Shown here piece after piece: positions 1-10,926 of a stretch of DNA of 64,000 bases (the first letter of the stretch is position 1; each line of letters begins with the position of its first letter). Location of the stretch: contig JAQGDQ010002375.1 in NCBI GenBank assembly GCA_030141605.1, forward strand, positions 62,001-126,000, read 5' to 3'. The translations under genes and the position numbers were made by a program. The stretch is from Tubiluchus corallicola (taxonomy: Eukaryota > Animalia > Priapulida). The notes beneath the pieces are model-generated. The model made no database searches. It saw only the letters and a program-made list of their open reading frames with translations, and was not told where the DNA came from.

Positions 1-712
1 GAGGATTAACATGAAATTGCTTTTAAAGCAAATCGTGTAACAAACATGATCTTTCGTTGTTTTCATTTTACAACAGAAAAAACATTTTACTTAAAGCTTT
101 TAAATCATATGTTCGCCCTATTGTGGATATCGACATTATTGAAAATGTGCAAAGGTATTTCACTAAAAGATTGTACGCTAGGTGTGGTTTTACTGCTGTG
201 TCCTACCCTAACAGACTTTCAGCTCTGAAAATGTTGTCATTAGAAGAGAAGAGAATTCATTATGATTCAAAAATGTGCTACAATATTATTCAAATGGAAA
301 ATGAATTCGTAGGGTAGAAATGAATTTTTACCCATACGACTAGAATGTCTAGGGGCATTGTCATCCACATTCGTTTGCTAATAGAGTTGTCAAATCCTGG
401 AATTCTCTTCCTGAACATGTAAATGGGTCTCCACAGGTGAATGCCGCCTCCAGTAAATTATTTACTCAAATATTAATGAAAATTAACTTTTCAAAACATT
501 TGTATTTCTGCAGATATATGTACGTAAGTAGTAATTTTACTCTTTGTGCCCCTCCCGTATCCATTCTAACCTGACATCAAGGACTACTATACACAGGTTG
601 TATAGTAGTCCTTGCCTGACACATGTTTATTATTGTGCGTAGTTTATTGTTTTATGCATTTAAATTTTATTGCATATAGGGATACTTTAATAAACAAAAA
701 TAAAAAATAAAA
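1..712 (+). mobile_element. Degenerate 3' end of a CR1-group non-LTR retrotransposon (LINE), inside a guanylyl cyclase intron
   Basis: Frameshifted pieces KANRVTNMIFRCF, LLKAFKSYVRPIVD..IENVQRYFTKRL..SYPNRLSALKMLSLEEKR and HSFANRVVKSWNSLPEHV are typical post-RT ORF2 motifs of CR1-like LINEs. They are followed by an AATAAA/A-rich tail at about 689-712. Confidence 0.8.
578..614. mobile_element. 37-bp minimal TIR element with 8-bp target duplication (P/hAT-type mini-MITE)
   Basis: CAAGGACTACTATACA-CAGGT-TGTATAGTAGTCCTTG has perfect 16-bp arms. It is flanked by CCTGACAT (570-577) and CCTGACAC (615-622). Confidence 0.7.
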
Positions 713-773
713 CACTCTGTAGGTATTTCTGTTGGCTATTGAAAAGTTGGTTTCAGTAAGTCTTTGATCTTAG

Positions 774-3700
774 GTAGAGACGATTGGAGATGCTTACATG
801 GTGGTTTCCGGATTACCAGAGAGGAATGGAATCCTGCACGTTAGAGAGATCACTCGCATGAGTCTTCGTCTCCTGGAAGAAATCACGAAGTTTCGAATCC
901 GACACCGTCCGGACGAGCAACTCAAACTCCGGATCGGCATACATTCCGGTAGTAATATCATATAGTTGTGTAGTTTCTAGCACATTGTAACTATTACATA
1001 TATGCACTTATGATATTTTTGATGACGTTATTCACAAGTTTGCTTGATATTTCATATATTTGATATACCTTATGTGGTTTCTTTGTTCGGGTATGTATCT
1101 AAATATATCTGAATGTATCTGAATGTATAATGTTTTTAAGTCATTTTCTCTGTCTTTTGTAATTGCTTTCCTTAGTGGTTTAATAAATAAATATGTCATT
1201 GTCAGTTGCCCATCAGTAATCGATTAAGCTGGCTGTAAACTACTTAGTACTGTAAGGAACCCTACGACTTACATCCAAGCCCTGCAGTTGGACGTGAAGT
1301 TCAACGATGAAGACTGTGTTACGAGACTAGTGCATCTTAGAAAAAAATTCCACCCAATCTTACCCTTTAGTTAACACCAAAATTAGTGTCAGGGCCGTAA
1401 AAACAAGCATAAAGTTTAGTTTCACTTGTCCGCCACTTTACCAATACACACGTAGACCAACAGAGCAAACTGGCATTAGATGTCTACAATGCGAAGTAGG
1501 AACTGCCTAGTATAATCTTTCAATATGGGCACAACTTACGAAGTATTTGCAACTAAGTTATTTTTTGTACTGTGCAAAATTGTGCGCTCCAGTGTTTCAA
1601 TTTTACTATTACTTGGATTATATGTAAACCTAATTCCTTTATAACTCATAAGAGTACGCAGATCGCTTAGAGTTTTTGCAATTTTATATTAAATCAACTA
1701 AATATTTTATGCGTGATAAGAAAGACTAAATGAAAAAACTGAATTTTGTCAATTAATCTATTTGAAACTAAGCCATAGAGCACTGCTGCTTGGTAACAGC
1801 ATTTAGTTACTTGTAAAAATTGCATCGTAGAAAAATGTAATGGAGAAATTTACAGTTTTTATGTACTTTTGCAGGGTCTTGCGTAGCGGGTGTGGTTGGG
1901 CTGAAGATGCCTCGATACTGCTTATTCGGTGATACGGTGAACACAGCTTCTCGCATGGAATCAAATGGAGAAGGTAAACACCCAACATTCTCAAAAGTAG
2001 GCTGTTTTAAATCCAGAATACTGTTATCAATAACTTGCTCTAAAATACTGATACAATTTCTAGATCGAACATCCTTAAGTCGTGGCAAAGAATCTTATAT
2101 ATATATATATTATATTATATTATATTATATTATATTATATTATATTATATTATATTATATTATATTATATTATATTATATTATATTATATTATATTATAT
2201 TATATTATATTATATTATATTATATTATATTATATTATATTATATTATATTATAATATAATATAATATAATATAATATAATATAATATAATATAATATAA
2301 TATAATATAATATTATATTATATTATATTATATTATATTATATTATATTATATTATATTATATTATATTATATTATATTATATTATATTATATTATATTA
2401 TATTACGATATAATATGATACTATATTACGTATAATATAGTACGATAAAGAAAAAGTAAAAAACTCAGAAAGAACATAAAAAACGTATGAGCAATAATAG
2501 GCCTTGACTGCCATGGTCAAGAAAAGGAGAACCAGTTAATAGAAATTACTAAAACATGATACCCATTCCAACTAACATTTTCTTGTATATAAGCTTACTA
2601 TATTTTCTGTAAACTAACTCTGTGCGTTTTTACTTGTGCCTGTGTACGTTTTTAAATGTCTGAAATAAAATAAAATATAAAAAATATCCTCATCTTTAAT
2701 TATCTATACAAGGCGAAGGCCTAGACAAGAATAAAAATTTAAGAGGATTACAGGAGAATTAGGCAGTTGCAAAATTCATTGATTCATGTTACTTGTTGAA
2801 TTTGAATTTTTGTTTACATATTGTGTTTTATTGTACATGCCATTTTTAATTTTTTTGTAACACTAACGTCATTTTTATACTTTAAAGTGTAAGTAAAAAC
2901 ACATTGATTTATTCACATTTTCTTTAATTGCATTACCCAACATTCCAGATTCATTGTTTGCAACCAAACTAAAGTTCGTATTTATTATCCTCTTGCAGCT
3001 CTAAAGATCCATGTTAGTGCAGCCAGTGAATTGCTATTAAGATCTTTTGGTACATTCAAACTGGAATTGAGAGGAACTGTAACACTGAAGGTAAAGCCAC
3101 GCATGCGCGGAAAGAGAGCTTGCAAGGCTCGAGTAAATAGACCCGTGTTCTAATACTTGTACGATACAAAACTACATTCGTTTATTAGGCAAGCACAGCC
3201 CTTGAGCCACACACTTCTGAGGTTGGCCTATTGCTCCATATGCTGGCTGGCAAACCTTATCTGCGCATGCGTGGCATTACAAATGGTAGCTGGCTGTTCA
3301 GGAAAGGCGGTAAAAATTGACAGTTTGGAAACAAATTTGTTTCCAATAAGGCCAACACACGTCAGCACCGAAACATTAAAATTGTTGCGGATTTTTGAAA
3401 AAATAGTCCTAAATTAATACAAATTCCTGCAATTACTACAAACTCACGGCGAACCTCACTCAATGATATCACGCACGTTGTGCAAAAAAACGGATGAATT
3501 CCACAAAAGGAAACACCAGAGATGATCTTGCTCATATCGGAATATCTAGAAAAAGTCATTAATCATACAGACCCATTTGTTTTATTTTGTGTGTCTGAAC
3601 TGAAAAGAATATATTCGTGAGATCTGTCTGAAAAAACAATCTTCAATCATGGCAAGAACAGTGTTCCACTTCCAATGTTTAATATAGTTTAATAGTACCA

Positions 3701-3829
3701 AACTCATAGTTACCATTATAATTGGTTGCGTACTAATTTATCCGTTGTTTTTTCTAGGGAAAGGGTGATGTCACAACCTACTGGCTACTGGGAGAAGAAG
3801 AAGACGAAAATGACCAACGTAAAAATTAG
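774..3829 (+). CDS. Receptor-type guanylyl cyclase (NPR1/ANP-receptor-like), 3' part of the catalytic domain; upstream exons lie outside the window
   Basis: Exons 774-948, 1875-1973, 2999-3090 and 3758-3829 are all GT-AG and in phase. They read [107 protein letters not shown]. The GTP-specifying Glu (VET) and Cys (RYC) and the catalytic Asn/Arg are intact. Confidence 0.93.
2096..2440. repeat. Pentanucleotide AT microsatellite (ATATT)n-(ATATA)n-(ATATT)n
   Basis: Read directly. The central block (about 2251-2310) is the reverse complement of the flanking blocks. Confidence 0.95.
3091..3280. mobile_element. 190-bp MITE-like element with inverted ends, starting at the splice donor
   Basis: Left end GTAAAGCCACGCATGCGCGGA versus reverse complement of right end GTAATGCCACGCATGCGCAGA (19/21). 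No clean TSD. Confidence 0.6.
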
Positions 3830-4046
3830 CAGCATATTTTTATTTACGGGGTGCTGATTCTCTTATTTCAACTTAATAATGATAATTAAGTTGCTTATGA
3901 AATTGATAAAAGTAGGCGTGTGCTGAGTGCCAGAAGTCAGCTCTTTTGCATACATAAAAATAGCATCCGTGTATGTTAACATTGCAACAGTACAAAATAT
4001 TGCTATAATTTGTCAATAAAACGAGATGGATGTCAACGAAAAAGTA

Positions 4047-4618
4047 AACGTCAGCTTTCGGTTTAAACTTTGTTTTTTTTTCACCGTCTTGTTACTAATA
4101 TTGCTTCCAAGGAAGGAAATATAAACTAGAAGGTTTGATTAAATAAATTATTATGATGTGTGTGCAAAATGTCATTTTTATTTTTCATTATGGATTGATT
4201 TAATAAAATTACAGCAACAAGGGTGTTTTGTTTTAGTTCGACACATTTTATTTCGAATTCCGCTGTTTTCTACCTTTTTATCACAGTCATTAAAAACCAG
4301 CATAACTAGTAAATTTTACGTTTGAGCCATTGAACGTCAGCTTTCGGTTTAAACTTTGTTTTTTTTTCACCGTCTTGTTACTAATATTGCTTCCAAGGAA
4401 GGAAATATAAACTAGAAGGTTTGATTAAATAAATTATTATGATGTGTGTGCAAAATGTCATTTTTATTTTTCATTATGGATTGATTTAATAAAATTACAG
4501 CAACAAGGGTGTTTTGTTTTAGTTCGACACATTTTATTTCGAATTCCGCTGTTTTCTACCTTTTTATCACAGTCATTAAAAACCAGCATAACTAGTAAAT
4601 TTTACGTTTGAGCCATTG
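4047..4618. repeat. 286-bp tandem duplication, apparently perfect (4047-4332 / 4333-4618)
   Basis: Both copies run AACGTCAGCTTTCGG...TTTGAGCCATTG. I saw no mismatch by eye. Confidence 0.92.
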
Positions 4619-4810
4619 ACTCGAAGATTATCGACATCGTGCTCTTTGAAAATATTACCCTTTCAACAATAGTCAATAATGTGCGCACTTTCCATGTAGT
4701 GTCCTGATCAATCGGTTTGTGTAGAAATAGTATGGAATTTGTACAGACATTGTGGCCATTTCGGATAATTGAGTAGGCCAACACCTGTCCGTGTGTGGCA
4801 TGAGGGTGTT

Positions 4811-4979
4811 TATTATTATTGTTGTTGTTGCTGCTGCTGTTGTTGTTGTTGTTGCTATTGTTTTGGTTGTTGCTGCTGTTACTGCTCCAGCTGATGTTGC
4901 TGTTGCTGCTGCTGCTGCTGCTGTTTTTGTTGTTATTGTTGCTGTTGTTGTTGTTGTTGCTGCTGCTGCTGTTGTTGTT

Positions 4980-5010
<31 letters not shown>
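4811..5010. repeat. Compound (GTT/GCT)n trinucleotide microsatellite
   Basis: Read directly. It explains the poly-T/A, poly-V/A and poly-L ORFs in the track. Confidence 0.95.
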
Positions 5011-5011
5011 A

Positions 5012-5190
5012 CAAAATTTTATCAGTACCAGATTTACCAGTACCAGATTTTCTCTGCACCAAATTTTCCCAGCACTAAAATTACCGCATTCCAAAAATTC
5101 CTAGCACCAAATTTTCCTGGTATCAAAATTTACTCGTACCAAACTTACCTGTACCGAACTTACTGGTACCAAACTCACCGCGCACCGATT
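5012..5190. repeat. Degenerate ~15-bp period repeat (GTACCAAATTTACCA-like), related to an inverted copy at about 8452-8545
   Basis: Recurring (G/A)TACCAAA/GCACCAAATTTT units. The reverse-complement units (AAATTTGGTAC, AAGTTTGGCAC, TATTGGTAC) occur in folate receptor intron 1. Probably the terminal array of a non-autonomous element. Confidence 0.6.
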
Positions 5191-6284
5191 TAGTTGCTTC
5201 TCATTCTACAGTTTGTATGAACTACAACTGCACTACACACCACCAAAGCAACTTAATTTCTTCAAAAGTGTTTTCTGGCTATTAATATTTGTTATGTCGC
5301 AGCGGTCGGTGAAGAGGATCGGCAGATAGCCACTGAATGATCATTGATTAAAGTTAAGCCACTTACGATTTCCCGTATTCGTCTGACATGTGCGTATTGA
5401 AAGCTGAAAAGTCGAAGGTTATGTTTGAAGATGTTTGAAATTTGAGTTTTTTTTTCACGTAAATAGACAAGCAAGCATTTTTTCTTTCTTATGAATTTCT
5501 TATTCGTTTTATTGTAAATATGTTTACACTACTTGAGGTGTTCGTGCTTGCTCGACATTGCCGTATACCGCCTCGGTGTGTACTGCAAAGCAGCATACCG
5601 CCTGGTTGTGTAATATCGCAGCACTACATTGAGCAATCTACAGTCAGGGTTGGCGTTTGTACGATAATTTGAGGCGTCATACCTTGCCTAAAAGTGATCA
5701 TACGATAATTTCGGTACCTGTAGGAAACAAAAATATAAGTTTGAATACATTGTGTATTGAAAACATCTAAAAGCACATTGATACTAACCGCTGGGTTATA
5801 AATGAACTTTGATTTTATTGTAGTCTAAAACATGCTTGTTTCCAGAGAAAAAATCAGTAATTTCAAGTACGAATGGCCATGATGACGACATTAAAGTTTG
5901 ATACTGCATCCTTATTCAAGAATACCTTACCCAAAGAAATAAGGACCTAGATATGTAGCTATCTGTAAACAGTCCTCTCACAAATGCAATTTGGAATTAT
6001 CAACTGATGATGCACTAATGGTTGATGATGAAAGATGATTCCATGGTTGAACTATGCAATGCCAAAAGAAGTGTGACCTGATGTTGGTTCTAGCTGGTTG
6101 CACAAATATCACAAGCAGACATAAGCTGCATACCAAGTCTTTGCAGATTTTGATTATTTGTATATGAAGTGCAATACACAGTTACTTGTGGTGTATTAGT
6201 AGTACTATTACCTAGTATGTATGTGATTACTGTTTAAACCTTTGTGAATATTAAAGCTGAATCGTGGAATAGTTAAAAAATCAC

Positions 6285-6810
6285 TTGAAATCAAAGTTCG
6301 TTTATTTCCCGCTGATAAGCAATAATGTTTTAATTTTTTTCAATGCACATTTTTTCATGCTTTGTTTTTTAGTTTTTGTTTCACTTTACTAAATCTTCAT
6401 ATAATTATCGTATAGCCTCTTTTTTGTACAGTATAACCATGTATCCTGATAATCATGCTATAAAGGGCAACACTACTTGGCCATTGATATGATAATTTAA
6501 CAAAAAATATGATAATTTTTAGCCTTCAACATGATAATCAGCATCATCCAAGACAGCAACACTGGCTAAGCTTTAACTGCAGAAAAACGGTTTTATTTGT
6601 GACATTCTTAAACAGTAAAAAAGCTGAAACAACAATGTTATAATAATAATTGTGTTTTAGATTGAATTACAAAAGTAGGCTTTTATATGATTTGCCTGGT
6701 AAGTACATGAACATACAAAAAAGTATAAATTTCTCGGCCTGGTGTGTGATAAAAAAATTACACGGGCAAGTAGACAGAAACAGAAATACTTTTATTTGTC
6801 GGCCTAATAA
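6285..6810. mobile_element. Diverged dispersed repeat; second copy at about 43095-43592
   Basis: Collinear shared blocks GAAATCAAAGTT..TTCAATGCACATTTT..ATGCTTTGTTTTTTAGTTTT and AAATTTC(T)CGGCC..GTGTG..ACACGG..TAGAC..AAACAGAA..TTGTCGG(C/T)CT. Confidence 0.65.
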
Positions 6811-7323
6811 TTGTGACTGCTCTAACTGTAACTGCTTGTGGTGTGTTATAAAATATTCTCTTTGTATTAATATAGAAGGATACGCATTTTCCGAGGAAAA
6901 TAAAAAAAATGTTTAGTACTGGCCTCCTAAGCTGTAGCCTAGTTAGCCTATTGATAAATATGACCCTGAATGCAGTTATGTAGGTGATTATGATCACAAA
7001 CAGAGATATTATTTCAAAAGTTTTCCATCAAATAGTTTATATTGAACCCTGCTTTGTAAACCACTGTTCACTTTTATTCACAAAACATATTGGAGAGTCT
7101 CTTTTGAAAGTGTTTTATGGCTTGAAATGTCTTCTTGCAAGAGACTGGATTACGAACGTATCACTGTATAGGAACACTTGAAGCAGGTTTTGCAGGTTTT
7201 GCATTGACAACAGATTTTTGGAATCCACAAGTGCTAAGAAATATCTGCTCAGATGCACTCAAATACAACTTAACGGCTCGGGGTCTTTTCTCGATGGTCA
7301 GAAACAATATGAAAATTGTTGAT

Positions 7324-7700
7324 TAGGGGTGAGCATCGAACGTTCGAACGCTCAATTCGGTTGGAACATTTGATTTAGATTCATTCACAAGAGCTTTTTA
7401 ATTCGAATTCAATTCGAACCCAAAGTTACAGAATCAGATAATTCACCACTTCAACTTATGTACATTCTTTATCGTTAAAACGTTTGAAACATTATGCAGT
7501 TCAGTTTAGCTGCGAATTCTGTTTGCAATTTTTAAACAAATTATTAGTGTTTTTATCGCAAAACAAAACTAAGTAATACGCATAATCTTTGTATGACTGT
7601 TTTTTGTTAGTGATTCAAAAATCTTTAAAACCGATTTCGATTCAGATTCAAAATCTCGAAATTCAGTTTATTCGAGTTCGAACGTTACAAACTCGATTTG
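7324..7700. mobile_element. Truncated, inverted copy of the hAT-like MITE at 16827-17172
   Basis: Starts TAGGGGTGAGCATCGAACGTTCGAA, the exact reverse complement of the right end of the 16827 copy, and shares its TTCGAA-rich interior. The other TIR is missing. Confidence 0.75.
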
Positions 7701-7871
7701 ACAGCAGAGCAAAGCCTGCAGGACTGACATCTTGTTGTAGATATATATACTAGAACCACATCACAATTGACTGTCACAGTGTGTTATCACATTGAGTGAG
7801 CTCTACTATTTACTTTGTATGGTGTATTTGCCACAGTTCTTCATTTTGTTATTTTTATTTCAGTGGGTAAA

Positions 7872-10800
7872 ATGTTGCAGTTACTTGTATGGCTTGGAAT
7901 TTGGCTTACTTTTCCAAGATTGCTTTTATGTCATAGTCTTACTGATTCTATGTTGAATACTTGTTTGGATGGAATCAATCATAAACACAGGCCTGGTCCT
8001 GAAGCTAAACTTCACAAACAGGTACCTTTGTCATAGCTTCGCATGTCACACAAAGCTGTTTAACATTCAGATCAAAGTCATCGATTTATTATGTCAGTCT
8101 ATTCATAAGTACAATGAAGACGAAATATAGAAATAATTGGAACAAAAATAATAACTTTTAAAACATTAGAAACAGATGAGCAGCTTTAAAAGACATAACA
8201 ATGTAAACAGAAGAAAAAAATAGATGAAGGCTGTGAACACAGTGTAGATTTTATCTGTGACATTCGTAAACAGAAAAAAACAGATGACTGCCATAAAGCT
8301 CTGTCACTATATGGGTTTTACCAGTGACAGTTTTTAGCAACACACAGATCTCAAGCCGCATTTAGCCCCACGCAACTTGATGACGTAACACATATTCTCA
8401 CAAACTCCCTTGCTACAAGTGCTTACAACATGCAGGCAAACTGAAAAATGTGGAAAAATTTGGTACTAGTAAGTTTGGCACAGGTAAATTTAGTCCTAGT
8501 AATTTTTGTTCAAGGAAATATTGGTACCCGGAAAATTTGTTGCGTTGGGACAGTCCAATGAAGGGTGAAGGCAGAGCAAAGACAAAAAGAAAGCTAATTA
8601 GCCGTCACGAGGTGGACCCTACTGTTGATTGAAATTCTGCAATCTGTCCTAATATTATAGATTTACTTTAGGAAACATGAAGATGGGTACTAAACTAGAC
8701 CTTAATTAAAGCAACATAAGATTAAAGTGTTTTATCACTTTTCAATAAAATTGTATGGAGATTGTAGCAAATAAATTTTTCTGTAATTGTTTTCTCTGGC
8801 AATCAATTTCTTTTATGCAAGTTTTTTGCTCAGTCAACATTTGCAAGATTTTGTGTATTTCAGTGTGAACCGTGGGGAAACAACACTTGTTGTAAAGAAG
8901 ATTTGACGAAGCAAATGCATGAAGATAGGGGACTGTACAATTTTACTTGGAGTCATTGTGATGGTCGTCCACTCAGTGACCGATGTGCTAGTCATTTCAT
9001 GCAAGATTTGTGCTTTTATGAGTGTTCACCAAATATGGGTCCTTGGCTTGTGTCTGTAAGTAACCTAACGCGTTTGTTGAAAATTTACCAATGCAAACCA
9101 GCACAATAGACATATGCATTTCAATTATTTAACAATCTTGTTGTATATTTTAGATAGAAATATCATAGAGTAAGTCAAAGGTTAAGATACAATCCTATCT
9201 GTACAATCCTAAATCTTCTTTTGAATGTTGGGCAAAGAAATAAAGCTGAGAAATTATCCTGTGTACATAGTGAACAATTTAAGAGATGTCAAGCCCAGTC
9301 AACAAAGTAAATGTGTGGTGTTTCTAGACAGGCAAAGTGCCTCTAGGTGGTTTGCTGTACCACACTATTCCAGTTGTTTACTTTTATGAGGTGAAGAAAT
9401 AGCTTTGTTAATAAACTAGATGCTAGTTTCTCACAGCCATCTTGCATTGAGTAATCTCTGTCACTAAGTGTTTGATTGTGGCTGAGACAGTAAAAAAATT
9501 CACAAATTTTTTAAAAGCATAGTAAATATCATTTGCTATGCAAATTGCTACATTTTGAACTAGAACAACAACGAAAACAGAATTCAGGTGGCATTTTCTA
9601 TTTCATGAAATTAAATCTGATTTTAACTGAAATCAAGAAAATTATTTTTCTCAAAAATGAAAATTTTGCACAATGTAACAGTTATAAAAATATTGATCAA
9701 GCACTGCATATTTGCTGATATTGATATAACCACTGCATATAAGTGGTTATAGGTTTCGTGACCCTTCCAGAATAAACATCTAGAACAATAAATTTCATAA
9801 TTTGATATTATAAAAAGTCTGTATTTATTCAAGGTTGACATGAAGATTAGAAAGGAAAGACCATTTGGAATGCCACTGTGTCGAAGTGACTGTGAGAGTT
9901 GGTTCAATGACTGCAAAAATGACTACACCTGCCTAGACAATTGGTCAATTGGGTTTAACTGGACATCTGGTAATTGTAGCAGAGTTTTGTTTTTTCTTTA
10001 CCAATTTTTACCTTATCTAAATAAATGGGAAATAGTAAGTACTGTTTACTGATTATCAGGACCAAATTAACAATTAATGTAATGGATCCAGATCCTGATG
10101 ACTTTAAAGGATCAGGATCAGGCGAAAAAATTTTGTCGGATTTTGCACTGTTTATATTTCGGTTTTTTATGCATAAAACTAACGACACTAAATGCACATT
10201 GAGATAAGATAGGGATTTTGTTTGAGATAAGAAATAAATAATTTAAATTTTGGCTACTTCGTTCTTAGCAAAATGGAAACAGAAACCTGTTTACAATGAG
10301 TAAGCAGTTCCAGTCTGACCTCAGAAACATTTCTTTTTTAACCTTTTTTTGTTTTTCATATCATTATATCAGGTAAAAACACTTGTCCCACTGGAAAGCA
10401 GTGTTTTCAAATGAAGTATATTTTCAATCATGCTGAGCACTTTTGTGAAACTATTTGGGATGGCTCATGGAAAGTAGTAGATGATTCACAACAGTGCTTT
10501 CGTATTTGGTTTGATTCTGAACTAGGTAAGTATCATTCATTTCTTTTTCAACATGGGTGGTAAAGATTTCTGAAAATATCAATGTGTAGTATCACTTCGC
10601 TCTTATTGTAAAACAAGTTTTATTCGTTTCTAATTAATGTAAATGAAGAAATTTTTGTTTTAAACTTTCAAGCTTCAGTAGATAACTATCATCATCAAAT
10701 CTTTAATTTACTATTTAATCTATAACGATGTATTTTCTGTTACAACAGTAGCAATATTATACCTTATATATTCATAATAATTACTGTAATTTCAGGAAAT

Positions 10801-10926
10801 CCAAATGATGCTGTTGCATTAGCTAAAGTGAATCAGATGCTAAATAGTGCAACACTTTCACGAGGGACAAACGTGACTATCCTCACCTTTATCATTATAG
10901 CAGTTATGATACTTTCATTGCCATAA
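7872..10926 (+). CDS. Folate receptor family protein (FOLR-like, predicted GPI-anchored), 253 aa
   Basis: Exons 7872-8021, 8864-9055, 9834-9969, 10373-10525 and 10796-10926 are GT-AG and in phase. Signal peptide, then LNTCLDGINHKHRPGPEAKLHKQ/CEPW..CC..LYNFTWSHC..HFMQDLCFYECSPNMGPW../RKER..PLC..C..WFNDCK..YTC..NW..GFNWTSG/..CFRIWFD..GNPNDAVA, and a hydrophobic C-terminus. An acceptor at 7862-7863 implies an upstream 5'UTR exon. Confidence 0.93.

Noticed and set aside
1892-2260. 122-aa ORF with a YYIIL repeat tail
   Set aside because: It is a real cyclase exon read through its donor at 1974 into a microsatellite.
4673-5193. Poly-Thr/Ala, poly-Val and poly-Leu ORFs
   Set aside because: These are translations of the (GTT/GCT)n repeat, open on both strands.
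5878-6082. Possible box C/D snoRNA (TGATGA ... CTGA)
   Set aside because: No terminal stem and no recognisable rRNA/snRNA guide. The motifs are common in AT-rich DNA.
10085-10145. Hammerhead-like CTGATGA...CGAAA...GTC
   Set aside because: Stems I, II and III do not close in the required register. It is better explained as a GATCCTGAT/ATCAGGATC repeat fragment, with a similar piece near 35520.
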